This document shows positions 1 to 7,761 of a stretch of DNA of 47,383 nt, in pieces. Every line of letters starts with the position of its first letter. Positions within the stretch are counted from its first letter, which is position 1. A program made the translations under genes and the position numbers. The notes beneath the pieces were generated by a model. That model was not told the DNA's origin, ran no database searches, and worked only from the letters and a program-made list of their open reading frames with translations. Where the stretch lies: IMG/VR virus record IMGVR_UViG_3300027509_000005. One strand, 5' to 3'. The DNA comes from a virus.

Positions 1-127
1 TGCCTCTTGCGGACGTAACTACCTGAACGCTGGACTTTTCTATAGCCTTGCCTAGATTATGCTTAAAAGAGAAAGATGTGACAGTATCTTCTGCAATATC
101 AATTCTTTCTTTTAGCTTTAGATTTAA
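1..127. repeat. Left copy of an exact 127-bp direct repeat of the window ends (1..127 = 47257..47383); signature of a circular assembly overlap
   Basis: Both ends read tgcctcttgcggacgtaactacctgaacgc...ttttagctttagatttaa by direct comparison. The repeat lies inside a continuous ORF (TerL). Confidence 0.95.
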
Positions 128-424
128 GTTGTCAATGGCATATACAACTTTTGAAAAAATACTCTTTGAACTTGGGTGGTCATAAGAAACCAGAACGCCA
201 TGATAGCCAGGGTTAAATAAAGCCTCGTCTAGCTGATCTATAATCTCATACGTTGAGATACCATGCTTACGAGACTTACAAATGATGATCTTATTATATT
301 TTTTTCGTATGGCAAAATAATCCTTCTGGACTTTGTTGAGTTTCAGCTTTACTCGCTCACCCTTTTTATTCTCTATCCAGTAGAGGTTTTCTAGTCTCCA
401 TAGTTTGTCTTGGAATTTGCTCAT
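1..424 (-). CDS. terL: Terminase large subunit, N-terminal (ATPase) part; continues across the circular junction into 47257
   Basis: ATG at 424..422. My translation is MSKFQDKLWRLENLYWIENKKGERVKLKLNKVQKDYFAIRKKYNKIIICKSRKHGISTY..VVTSARG, in frame with MTPTRAHISE at 47257. KSRKHGIST resembles the terminase Walker-A-like K(A/S)RQxGxST motif. The ORF is open at the window edge. Confidence 0.85.
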   Translation of the reverse strand, partial: MSKFQDKLWRLENLYWIENKKGERVKLKLNKVQKDYFAIRKKYNKIIICKSRKHGISTYEIIDQLDEALFNPGYHGVLVSYDHPSSKSIFSKVVYAIDNLNLKLKERIDIAEDTVTSFSFKHNLGKAIEKSSVQVVTSARG

Positions 425-521
425 ATTTTTTGAGCTCGGTGGAGAAATTGCGTCTCTTGACAGCTTCCAACTTATTTTATGTCAACGGTTTTGCAGACCG
501 TCAGCTGGGACACCGAGCCTA

Positions 522-947
522 CTATCTTTTTGCGTTTTGTATTCTTTTGAACTCTCTGCACTTGTCACACCTGCACTTGTATTTTGAATACATGCTACTA
601 GATCCGTGCTTCACTTTTTTGAAATACCACAGGTTAGTTTTTTCCTGATGGCAACTACTACAAAGAACCTGACATTTTGATAGCTCTTTTTCTCTGACTG
701 AGAGCTTCCTACTCCATATAGCTGCTGGTTGCAACTCTTTTTCTTCTGGGACAATATGATCTACTTCTAAACTTTCACTACTACCACAGTATACACACCT
801 ACCACCCTGACTGATTATCCATTCTTCCCTACGTTTCTTTACCCAATTCTTCTGGAACTCTCTCAAATAATTTTTTCTATCTTCTGTCATATTTTTATAA
901 CAGAAAAGGTGTACCGCTTGGAAGAAGTACACCATCTCTGATTCCAA
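522..947 (-). CDS. HNH endonuclease (packaging-associated)
   Basis: CVYCGSSESLEVDHIVP ... CQVLCSSCHQEKTN forms an HNH motif with flanking Cys pairs. It sits between TerS and TerL. The codon at 947 is TTG; ATG alternatives are at 935 and 890. Confidence 0.85.
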   Translation of the reverse strand: MESEMVYFFQAVHLFCYKNMTEDRKNYLREFQKNWVKKRREEWIISQGGRCVYCGSSESLEVDHIVPEEKELQPAAIWSRKLSVREKELSKCQVLCSSCHQEKTNLWYFKKVKHGSSSMYSKYKCRCDKCREFKRIQNAKR

Positions 948-991
948 GCTATTTACTATATAAGTATAGCATATATCTTCTAATTGTCATG

Positions 992-1063
992 CTCCCCCAG
1001 TAGGATTTGAACCTACAACCCTTTGCTTAACAGGCAAATGCTCTACCATTGAGCTACAGGGGA
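992..1063 (-). tRNA. tRNA-Asn (anticodon GTT)
   Basis: The reverse complement folds by hand as a cloverleaf. Acceptor TCCCCTG/TGGGGGA, D arm GCTC-AATGGTA-GAGC, anticodon arm TTTGC-CTGTTAA-GCAAA, T arm GTAGG-TTCAAAT-CCTAC, discriminator G. CCA is not encoded. Confidence 0.9.
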
Positions 1064-1119
1064 ATGACTGCCTCTTGCTTATGGGCTTTTTACTCCCACC
1101 GCTATTGCCCTAGTATACG

Positions 1120-1278
1120 TCAGGGGTGCGGTCTTGCATCGGCTAGTATTTTTTCTTTACTATAATCAATACCTAGACACTCACACTCTCTTTGATCTTC
1201 TCCACATCCGTCTGGACAGATATGACATGTCCAATCTTTTTTTCTTTCACCACAATCTTCACACTTTTTATAGAACAT
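1120..1278 (-). CDS. Small Cys-rich (zinc-ribbon-like) protein, 52 aa
   Basis: My translation is MFYKKCEDCGERKKDWTCHICPDGCGEDQRECECLGIDYSKEKILADARPHP. It starts 1 nt after the stop of the upstream gene. It is below the 60-aa cutoff of the ORF track. Confidence 0.5.
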   Translation of the reverse strand: MFYKKCEDCGERKKDWTCHICPDGCGEDQRECECLGIDYSKEKILADARPHP

Positions 1279-1279
1279 A

Positions 1280-1480
1280 CTAATCTCTCTTTATTGCGAA
1301 TAAAGCTATCCTCTTGCATGAACTACACTGCGCCAATATATTGGCGTACTCCATACCTCCATATTTACCATCTTCACTTATCCATTGTTGCCTTTCTCCA
1401 ACTGGCGCTACGTCAATATACTCTCCATTGCAAATATAGTCCCTCCCTCCGTCACATTTTCTTTCCTTTCTAATTTCCAT
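1280..1480 (-). CDS. Hypothetical protein, 66 aa
   Basis: ORF abuts the TerS stop and fits the packed minus-strand gene array. Confidence 0.55.
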   Translation of the reverse strand: MEIRKERKCDGGRDYICNGEYIDVAPVGERQQWISEDGKYGGMEYANILAQCSSCKRIALFAIKRD

Positions 1481-1481
1481 A

Positions 1482-1967
1482 CTATTCTCCTTCTATTTCA
1501 TTAGCTAACTCATGTAGTGATCCTTTTATCTCTACCTCTGTTTTGTTTTCAGTCTTATCTGAGTACCCATGATTGTGTAGCATCAACTTTCCTATTGTTG
1601 GATTCATGATGCCTGCTGCGGAATAATTTGATATCAATTCTTCTTGAGCTTTGTCGATTGCTACTAACGCCCTAGAAAACTTTTCGTGTTTCCTTTTCCA
1701 TTCAATGATTGTTGTAGGTGTTACCATTAAATAATTTGATAGTGCAGCTCTTGACGGAATCTTAAATAGATTGTGCGGTATATGCTCTCCTTTTTGATCT
1801 ATTGCTATTACTTCTTTCAATCCACAATCCTCTCTTAACCACCTATAGATATCATCTACTATGTCATCATGGTATTTTGTTGGTCTACCGCACTTACAAC
1901 AAGCCTTAGTCTTACCTTTAGGCTTGTTGCATCTTCCACATAGTTTTTTAGTTTCCTCTTTGGGCAT
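1482..1967 (-). CDS. terS: Terminase small subunit-like protein with N-terminal Cys4 ribbon
   Basis: CGRCNKPKGKTKACCKCGRP is followed by an HTH-like segment (SNYLMVTPTTIIEWKRKHEKF). The tail ..NPTIGKLMLHNHGYSDKTE is typical of gp3-type small terminases. The gene lies upstream of HNH/TerL. Confidence 0.6.
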   Translation of the reverse strand: MPKEETKKLCGRCNKPKGKTKACCKCGRPTKYHDDIVDDIYRWLREDCGLKEVIAIDQKGEHIPHNLFKIPSRAALSNYLMVTPTTIIEWKRKHEKFSRALVAIDKAQEELISNYSAAGIMNPTIGKLMLHNHGYSDKTENKTEVEIKGSLHELANEIEGE

Positions 1968-2220
1968 ATTTGTTCATTACTGCCTCATTTATCTCAAAGC
2001 TGTATTCTTTTTGTAGTTCTTCTACATTCATGTTTCTTGCTTTTCCTATTTCTAGGAGCAATTTCTGGAAGTGTTTGTCTGCACATTCTCTCATGAACTC
2101 TGGGGGTATATACTCGTGTGCATCCAAGACCTCGTTTATACCTAAGTTGATATAGTGAGCCATGATACCATCTACATCTTTCTCTATTGCTCTTTCCCTT
2201 AGTTCTTCTAAAGATGCCAT
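1948..2220 (-). CDS. Hypothetical protein, 90 aa
   Basis: ATG-initiated ORF in the array; overlaps the TerS start by 20 nt. Confidence 0.55.
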   Translation of the reverse strand: MASLEELRERAIEKDVDGIMAHYINLGINEVLDAHEYIPPEFMRECADKHFQKLLLEIGKARNMNVEELQKEYSFEINEAVMNKYAQRGN

Positions 2221-2222
2221 AG

Positions 2223-2429
2223 TTATTCTTTATCTTTTAACATGTCATCACTGAAATTATTAACCATATCATGAAATACTTTATTTGCTTGTATGGCATT
2301 TTTTCTGAATTTACTATCTTCTGGCAAGGATCTATAATTTGTAACTGAGTTTATAGATGATACCGCAACACTCATCACCATTGCTAATTTAGATAAATCC
2401 TCCTTTGTCGCAAACTTTTCTTTATCCAT
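2223..2429 (-). CDS. Hypothetical protein, 68 aa
   Basis: ORF in the packed array. Confidence 0.55.
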   Translation of the reverse strand: MDKEKFATKEDLSKLAMVMSVAVSSINSVTNYRSLPEDSKFRKNAIQANKVFHDMVNNFSDDMLKDKE

Positions 2430-2433
2430 AAAC

Positions 2434-2586
2434 CTATTTATCCTTAATAGTAATCTGACAAAATGGCTCTAGTGTTACTCCATATTTATCACAGAGGGCT
2501 ATTAGTTCTTCATTAAATGCTTGGTGTTTCTTTACTTTAGCTTCTTCTGCTTCTTTTACTGGGTCTACTTTTTTTTCTTTTGGCAT
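2434..2586 (-). CDS. Small hypothetical protein, 50 aa
   Basis: My translation is MPKEKKVDPVKEAEEAKVKKHQAFNEELIALCDKYGVTLEPFCQITIKDK. It fills an otherwise unexplained gap. Confidence 0.45.
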   Translation of the reverse strand: MPKEKKVDPVKEAEEAKVKKHQAFNEELIALCDKYGVTLEPFCQITIKDK

Positions 2587-2591
2587 AGGTT

Positions 2592-2987
2592 TTATTTACT
2601 CTTATCTGTTAACTGACAATCTTTTGAACACCAGTATTTGTTTTTTCCTTTTTCCTCTAAGCAACCATTCCGTTCACATTTTACAGATATCGCCAAATCT
2701 GAAATATTTCTACCTGATTCCATCTTGCAAGCCTTCTTACACTTCTTCTCTGGACAAATGATTGCTAGATCGTGGTTGATGTCATCTCGTAGACCTTCTA
2801 CTTTTGTATCTATCTTGCAATTAAGGTCTATTTGCATTTCTTCATATTGTTGCTTTCTTACCTTCTTGAAACGAACCATGTCATCCTCTCCTCGATAAAG
2901 TCTATTTGATAGCTTCATCATGTTTACTACTACGATGTACAGGGTCACTCCATAAATAAGGGTGATAATCCACATTAAAATGCTCAT
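2592..2987 (-). CDS. Membrane-anchored Cys-rich protein (start moved to MSILMW..)
   Basis: N-terminal TM segment ILMWIITLIYGVTLYIVVVNMM. The ATG at 2987 forms an ATGA overlap with the upstream stop. The longer track ORF (to 3038) would overlap the upstream gene. Confidence 0.55.
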   Translation of the reverse strand: MSILMWIITLIYGVTLYIVVVNMMKLSNRLYRGEDDMVRFKKVRKQQYEEMQIDLNCKIDTKVEGLRDDINHDLAIICPEKKCKKACKMESGRNISDLAISVKCERNGCLEEKGKNKYWCSKDCQLTDKSK

Positions 2988-3184
2988 GATAATTTTTCTA
3001 AATAAGTTATTGCTTTCTCTACAGGCTCTTGCGCCCATTTTGATTTAAACTCCATTACGATCTCTTTGCCTTTTTTCAAATTGACATGATAGAGATCATC
3101 TTTCATTGTCAAAGTCCATTTGTGGTTTTCTTTTTTACATCTGTACTGTAGTTCTTCCAGAGATGTGTGCTTTAAGTCACTCAT
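2984..3184 (-). CDS. Hypothetical protein, 66 aa
   Basis: ORF in the array; 1-nt overlap with the upstream gene. Confidence 0.55.
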   Translation of the reverse strand: MSDLKHTSLEELQYRCKKENHKWTLTMKDDLYHVNLKKGKEIVMEFKSKWAQEPVEKAITYLEKLS

Positions 3185-3609
3185 TACATTTTCTTAATGG
3201 TTACACCCATGTATGTAAAGTCATCTTCTGTTGTTTTTTCCTTAACTCCAAACTGGGTATTTAATAGATTTTGTCTTGCCTTCCGCAAGGTGTCAAAAAT
3301 CTTCATATCACATTTAATAAATTCAAACTCTGTGCCTGATTCTGCTTCTGCTGATACTGACTGATTGAGGATATTTAGGAACTCTCCCTCTCTCATTTCT
3401 ACATAACTGAGGTAGCCTTTAGGGTCATCATCCTGAAATCGAGTGATATGTACTGATGTTGTGATGATCTCTTTGTCCACCTCAGCGATTCTAGGGGGTG
3501 TAGGTGCTTCTGTAATATAATATCTGACCTTAGGCATCTTTCGCGCGTTTTCTTGCTTCTGTACCTCTTCTAGTACGTCACCTGTTTCTACTTTTTTTTC
3601 TTCGCTCAT
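3184..3609 (-). CDS. Hypothetical acidic protein, 141 aa
   Basis: ORF in the array. Confidence 0.6.
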   Translation of the reverse strand: MSEEKKVETGDVLEEVQKQENARKMPKVRYYITEAPTPPRIAEVDKEIITTSVHITRFQDDDPKGYLSYVEMREGEFLNILNQSVSAEAESGTEFEFIKCDMKIFDTLRKARQNLLNTQFGVKEKTTEDDFTYMGVTIKKM

Positions 3610-3613
3610 ATTT

Positions 3614-3913
3614 CTATTTAGTAAATATATGTGTCTTATTTGTTATAGAGTGTAGTTCAAATCCTTTATCTAACAAGAAATTGGTCATTGCACTACACCA
3701 GCAACTGTATTTCTCTGGCATATCTCCATTGTTTCTTCCCTCATAAATGTCGTACCTTCCATTATGATCTTCTATAAAACGCTCGAATAGACCCATTAGC
3801 GAGTTATGCTCTTTACCCTCAAACTTCAACTCATAATCATGGTAACGAGATATTTGTTCATCGTTTCTGTATTCTGTAAAGGTATTTTGGTTTATTGTTG
3901 CTATTGTTTTCAT
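3614..3913 (-). CDS. Hypothetical protein, 99 aa
   Basis: ORF in the array; ATGA-type overlap upstream. Confidence 0.6.
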   Translation of the reverse strand: MKTIATINQNTFTEYRNDEQISRYHDYELKFEGKEHNSLMGLFERFIEDHNGRYDIYEGRNNGDMPEKYSCWCSAMTNFLLDKGFELHSITNKTHIFTK

Positions 3914-4299
3914 ACTTGATTTTTAATTTTTTCTCTTACCTCCTTTTGCCTTTCCTCTGTGACCTTAGCTTTTTCGATCACATCTTTTTGTTCTCTTTTT
4001 AATCTTCGCTCAGTCTTTATCCTATTTATTCTTAGTTTATAGGTATTAAGAAACACTTTCCATAAATAATATGCAAGAGGTCGTTTGGTTGCGTTAGATT
4101 CTAGTTCAATCATAACACTTTGGGATAACGGAAGCAATGATTTATCGCCTCGTATTTGTACTTCTGTTCTACCTGCTTTACCTTCTGGGTGGTCTATCTT
4201 TACAGCAAAGGTACTAGCATGTAAGGTCTTGACACCTTTCTTCGCAAGTTTTGTCATAACACGCCTTATCGTTTTGAGTAACCTTAATGTGCTTTCCAT
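3910..4299 (-). CDS. Hypothetical basic protein, 129 aa (start uncertain; alternative ATG at 4257)
   Basis: ORF in the array. It overlaps the 3' end of 4214..4477 out of frame. Confidence 0.5.
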   Translation of the reverse strand: MESTLRLLKTIRRVMTKLAKKGVKTLHASTFAVKIDHPEGKAGRTEVQIRGDKSLLPLSQSVMIELESNATKRPLAYYLWKVFLNTYKLRINRIKTERRLKREQKDVIEKAKVTEERQKEVREKIKNQV

Positions 4300-4477
4300 G
4301 AAGATTGAAGTATTGGTCGAAGTCTTTTACAGCTCCGCCAGTGAACTCAATCTTTACGCAATCATCAATACATACAACTTCGCCACAATGACAATCTTTC
4401 ATATTAAAAATACGAGTACCAATCGTGATGTCACGTCCGTACTTATCGCTTTTTAAAAATGTGCAACAATCTGCCAT
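4214..4477 (-). CDS. Cys-rich hypothetical protein, 87 aa
   Basis: ATG at 4477 is preceded by a TGATATAAT box (4501..4509) and an AGAGG-like RBS. Confidence 0.55.
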   Translation of the reverse strand: MADCCTFLKSDKYGRDITIGTRIFNMKDCHCGEVVCIDDCVKIEFTGGAVKDFDQYFNLHGKHIKVTQNDKACYDKTCEERCQDLTC

Positions 4478-4500
4478 ATAATTATATTTATCGTACCTCT

Positions 4501-4509
4501 ATTATATCA
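4501..4509 (-). promoter_or_regulatory. Extended -10 promoter box TGATATAAT
   Basis: Overlaps the TGA stop of the upstream gene. It lies 23 nt upstream of the ATG at 4477. Confidence 0.45.
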
Positions 4510-4782
4510 TAATAACTGTGAGTAGTCACTATCAAAAGAGTGTTCAGTTCCGTTTGATAGCTTTATTTCTTCTACTTCCATGATGTCCATTTCTTCATCG
4601 TATTCATGCCCTGAAATGTCCGAACACATACTCATAGCTGTATCTCTGGCATTTTCGTAGTCGTACGCAAAAACAGTGAAGTTGATAATACGAACAGGGT
4701 TTAACCTATTCATGGTATATCTCTCAAAGTCGTTCTCGATCTTTGATGTCTCTATTTTTATTTTGTATTCTTTTGCATCCAT
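4507..4782 (-). CDS. Hypothetical acidic protein (start MDAKEYK..; alternative ATG at 4803)
   Basis: The 5' extension of the track ORF (to 4872) runs through a promoter-proximal hairpin and T-run and is probably noncoding. Confidence 0.5.
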   Translation of the reverse strand: MDAKEYKIKIETSKIENDFERYTMNRLNPVRIINFTVFAYDYENARDTAMSMCSDISGHEYDEEMDIMEVEEIKLSNGTEHSFDSDYSQLL

Positions 4783-4819
4783 AAAAAAAGCAAGAAGCAA
4801 CATCGCTGCTGCCTCTTGC
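4783..4819 (-). terminator. Terminator-like hairpin plus T7 run in a 5' leader (possible attenuator or RBS-sequestering structure)
   Basis: GCAAGAGGCA-gcagcgatgt-TGCTTCTTGC followed by TTTTTTT and directly by ATGGAT. The left arm contains the SD-like AAGAGG. Confidence 0.45.
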
Positions 4820-4886
4820 CGCAAAACGAGCGTTCCACTAAAAGCGAAACAGGGCGAAGTTTGCATGTACATTACTGTACTTTTTT

Positions 4887-4895
4887 ATTATACCA
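4887..4895 (-). promoter_or_regulatory. Extended -10 promoter box TGGTATAAT
   Basis: Intergenic; minus strand reads aattgTGGTATAATaaaaaag. Confidence 0.5.
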
Positions 4896-5029
4896 CAATT
4901 AGTATTTCTCGTTTTGTCATAGAGTTATATGTATATGTTATTTACAGCAACAAGAATCGATTTTAGATCCGATACTTTTATTGCACTCTTTACATTTTGG
5001 TAACATATCTTTGTAATGTTATATGTGGT

Positions 5030-5236
5030 TTAGTTACCTCTAAACATACTTACTTCATCTGGTGTAACGATTTGGCATACATCCTGTATCTTCCTATATT
5101 GTAATTCTTTCATATCCCAGTAAAAGAATAGTCTGTCGCAGTATTTACACCTACCTGTGTCATAATCAAAGTCATGACTTCCAGCATCTCTCTTACTTGC
5201 AGGGAAGTATTTTTCTATAATTTTTATTTTGTTCAT
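5030..5236 (-). CDS. Hypothetical protein, 68 aa
   Basis: ORF in the array. Confidence 0.55.
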   Translation of the reverse strand: MNKIKIIEKYFPASKRDAGSHDFDYDTGRCKYCDRLFFYWDMKELQYRKIQDVCQIVTPDEVSMFRGN

Positions 5237-5255
5237 ATACTTTATATCTATTGAT

Positions 5256-5528
5256 TTACTTACAACCTCTCAACTTCCACAGCACGAACCAAATCCAATC
5301 AATCACAGGATATCTATAGAACTGATACCATTTGTCTGTAGGATCGGGATAGTAGTGTATTTCGTAGTTAGGCTTGTATTCTTCAGTTTTCTCGTTTGTA
5401 TTTATGACAAGCCATTTCTTTAAGCACCTATCACATTCTGAACAGTAATATTTAGTAGGGTTATATCCTTGCATTTCCCAATAAACTTCTTTCTTACAGC
5501 ACTTTGATATGTCGTAGCTGTATTTCAT
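5256..5528 (-). CDS. Cys-rich hypothetical protein (first ATG; track start at 5558 is TTG)
   Basis: MKYSYDISKCCKKEVYWEMQGYNPTKYYCSECDRCLKK.. contains zinc-ribbon-like Cys pairs. Confidence 0.55.
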   Translation of the reverse strand: MKYSYDISKCCKKEVYWEMQGYNPTKYYCSECDRCLKKWLVINTNEKTEEYKPNYEIHYYPDPTDKWYQFYRYPVIDWIWFVLWKLRGCK

Positions 5529-5532
5529 ATCT

Positions 5533-5628
5533 CTAGCTATAAATAATATACATACCAAAAGCCCATATAATAAAAGCTGATAAAGGCATTAAAAGGATCA
5601 TTTCTATAAATTCTTTTTTGTTTTCCAT
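5533..5628 (-). CDS. Possible 31-aa single-TM peptide
   Basis: My translation is MENKKEFIEMILLMPLSAFIIWAFGMYIIYS. It fills the gap between neighbouring genes. There is no independent support. Confidence 0.3.
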   Translation of the reverse strand: MENKKEFIEMILLMPLSAFIIWAFGMYIIYS

Positions 5629-5670
5629 ATATTTTAAGAGAGCCACCTGTCACATGGCTCTATAAGTGAT

Positions 5671-6318
5671 TTATTTACGAAGTGTCACATAATCCTCTTT
5701 ATCAAGGCAACGTCCACACGCAGTAGCCCACACCTCTCGGTCGCTCCATTTTTTCATGAACTTCGGCATTGATTCCTTTGGAAGTCCACATACTGCCTCA
5801 TAGATCTCTCGCTTTGATAGCTTAGGATCTTTACTGCTACCACTAGACTTCTTTTTCTTCTCAACAACCTCAACTACAGGTGTAGGCGCGACATATACAG
5901 GCGTTGGGATAGCCCTAACTGGCTCTGTAACAGTTTTTTCTACTAATGGGGTAACTTCCTCTACTTCTTCGATAATAGGCTCTATAACCTCAATTTCAGG
6001 CTCAATGACTTCCTCGACTGGCATATTTGCATTACAAGTCTTATCTACCCAACCTGCGCTGTCGTAACATACCCATTGCCAACCTGCATCTGTTTGAGTT
6101 GGTGGTGTATTTCCTGCGCTTCCACTTTCGCAGAGATCAGATTCTGATACGCCTGTAAGAGTTTCTACAGTTTGATTATTGAGACTTCCGCATTGTGCGT
6201 CTCCTACAAATGGGCTATCTGTTGCTTCTGCTTCTTTAGGGTTTAGGGCATTGATGATTACAACAACTGCTATTACTAGGGCTATTGTAAATAGTATTGA
6301 TCCTGTTATTTGTTTCAT
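5671..6318 (-). CDS. Secreted or membrane-anchored protein with acidic P/E/V/I linker, 215 aa
   Basis: N-terminal signal/TM segment ILFTIALVIAVVVIINAL, a Cys-containing domain, then PEIEVIEPIIEEVEEVTP-type repeats. Confidence 0.6.
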   Translation of the reverse strand: MKQITGSILFTIALVIAVVVIINALNPKEAEATDSPFVGDAQCGSLNNQTVETLTGVSESDLCESGSAGNTPPTQTDAGWQWVCYDSAGWVDKTCNANMPVEEVIEPEIEVIEPIIEEVEEVTPLVEKTVTEPVRAIPTPVYVAPTPVVEVVEKKKKSSGSSKDPKLSKREIYEAVCGLPKESMPKFMKKWSDREVWATACGRCLDKEDYVTLRK

Positions 6319-6335
6319 AGTTTGCTTTTACTTTT

Positions 6336-6647
6336 TTAAAACCTATATTGACTTGTTTCTATATTTTGTATCTTAAGAGAGCCCATATAATCTGATTTAT
6401 TGTACTCCTGAATCTCAAAATAATCTTTTAGCAGTTGCGACTTTTTGATACTAAACTGAGAATCAAATTCTGTCTCCCCCAATGTGAATACTAGGTTATC
6501 CCTAGAATCTATAGGAAATTCCCTATGATCTTGCATCGTTCCTTGCATGTCGTGAGATCCTACACTCTTTAAGAATATATCTTCTTTATCCTGATAGACT
6601 ATCCTGTAGTTAATGTTAGTTTCTTTGTTCTGCCAGTATGGTTTCAT
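6336..6647 (-). CDS. Hypothetical protein, 103 aa
   Basis: ORF in the array; ATGA overlap upstream. Confidence 0.6.
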   Translation of the reverse strand: MKPYWQNKETNINYRIVYQDKEDIFLKSVGSHDMQGTMQDHREFPIDSRDNLVFTLGETEFDSQFSIKKSQLLKDYFEIQEYNKSDYMGSLKIQNIETSQYRF

Positions 6648-6838
6648 ATGATTTGTGAAGCGATTGATTCGATCTGAGCGTCAATTTCGTTTATTCTATT
6701 TACATGCTGCTTTTTCTGCTTCATAAGTTCTATGATCTCATCCTCATGGTCTGACATCATTTTTTCTCTCAACCTATTGCCTAATGACTCTGGTAGCTTT
6801 GTTTCTTTTACTAAAACTTCTTGTTTGTTCTTTGGCAT
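6644..6838 (-). CDS. Hypothetical coiled-coil protein, 64 aa
   Basis: ORF in the array. Confidence 0.5.
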   Translation of the reverse strand: MPKNKQEVLVKETKLPESLGNRLREKMMSDHEDEIIELMKQKKQHVNRINEIDAQIESIASQII

Positions 6839-6907
6839 ATTTATCTTTTACTTTTAATAAACGAATTTTCATACTCTACATACGTTCCTCCTTTCTAGTT
6901 TTTAGAA

Positions 6908-7096
6908 TTATGCTATGCCTCTTTTCCTAATAATTGAATAAACGTCTACAATTCTCCACAGTCCATCGCCATGCTTTACTCCTTTATCCTCAATTGGGTT
7001 AGTAGATATATCAAGCCACGTCATTGTAAAACATCTTTCATTCTCTTTTTCTGGTAGTCTTAGTAGTCTACATTGCTTTTCTTCAATCGTTTTCAT
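6908..7096 (-). CDS. Hypothetical protein, 62 aa
   Basis: ORF in the array. Confidence 0.5.
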   Translation of the reverse strand: MKTIEEKQCRLLRLPEKENERCFTMTWLDISTNPIEDKGVKHGDGLWRIVDVYSIIRKRGIA

Positions 7097-7107
7097 ACTG
7101 ATTTTAA

Positions 7108-7761
7108 TTACTCAAATAAAATACCTTTCATCTGCGGATTTCTATCTTTGATCTCCTGTCCTTTTGTTGTGTAACTAAATGCTATTGGTGCAAATACCAT
7201 TGTGAGAAATAGTATAGCGAACAACATTTTACGCCATGTCCAGAATACTTTTTTTTCTTTCTTTTGGAAAGGGTTAGGTGGTATTTTGTTTTCCTGGAAA
7301 TGATCATCTACAGTTTTACCTTCGCTATCTTTTACTGGGGTTATATTCTTTGTGTGGTATTCTCTAGCTATTTCTTTGTCGTAGGATTCCATCTCGTTTT
7401 CTTCTTCTTTTAAGTTCAAGTCTAGTGATCCGCTTGGGTGTATCTTTACTTCTATTTCTGGTTCTGATGATGACATTCCGCCAAATATTTGATCGTGGTG
7501 TACTTCTTCTTCCTGCTGAAACTTAATATCATCTATAGCCTCTTGATCGTTTGAGCCTATATGATAGTTGTTTGTAATATGATTTGTTTGGTTTTCTACT
7601 TTGTTATTGTAGATTGGTCTTAGGTTTATTGTTTCTTTGCCTGTAATAACTTCAGACATGTTTTTGTCTATTTCTTTATTCATACTTTTATTTAATTTAT
7701 ACGCAGTGATTGTTTCCAATCTTGATATAGGGATTATAGCAGTTTTTGGAGTCAAACTCAA
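7108..7761 (-). CDS. Hypothetical protein with C-terminal TM segment (TTG start overlapping the RusA stop; first ATG at 7683)
   Basis: TM segment MLFAILFLTMVFAPIAF near the C-terminus. The start is uncertain. Confidence 0.55.
   Translation of the reverse strand: MSLTPKTAIIPISRLETITAYKLNKSMNKEIDKNMSEVITGKETINLRPIYNNKVENQTNHITNNYHIGSNDQEAIDDIKFQQEEEVHHDQIFGGMSSSEPEIEVKIHPSGSLDLNLKEEENEMESYDKEIAREYHTKNITPVKDSEGKTVDDHFQENKIPPNPFQKKEKKVFWTWRKMLFAILFLTMVFAPIAFSYTTKGQEIKDRNPQMKGILFE

Noticed and set aside
1-127. The 127-bp terminal repeat as genuine phage direct terminal repeats
   Set aside because: It bisects the terminase ORF, which stays in frame across the junction, and its length equals a common assembler k-mer. 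It is best explained as a circularisation artefact. Only read mapping can settle this.
1069-4819. 10-11-mer GCAAGAGGCA(G) on the minus strand at three places (1..10/47257..47266, 1068..1078, 4809..4819)
   Set aside because: Three copies is more than I would expect by chance. However, one copy is inside TerL coding sequence, the motif contains an SD-like AAGAGG, and I could not link the copies to a common structure. This is insufficient for a call.
5639-5661. Hairpin AGAGCCA-(9 nt)-TGGCTCT after the 5671 gene, considered as a terminator
   Set aside because: No U-tract follows on the minus strand. It may be an RNA-stability or processing element, but the evidence is too weak to annotate.
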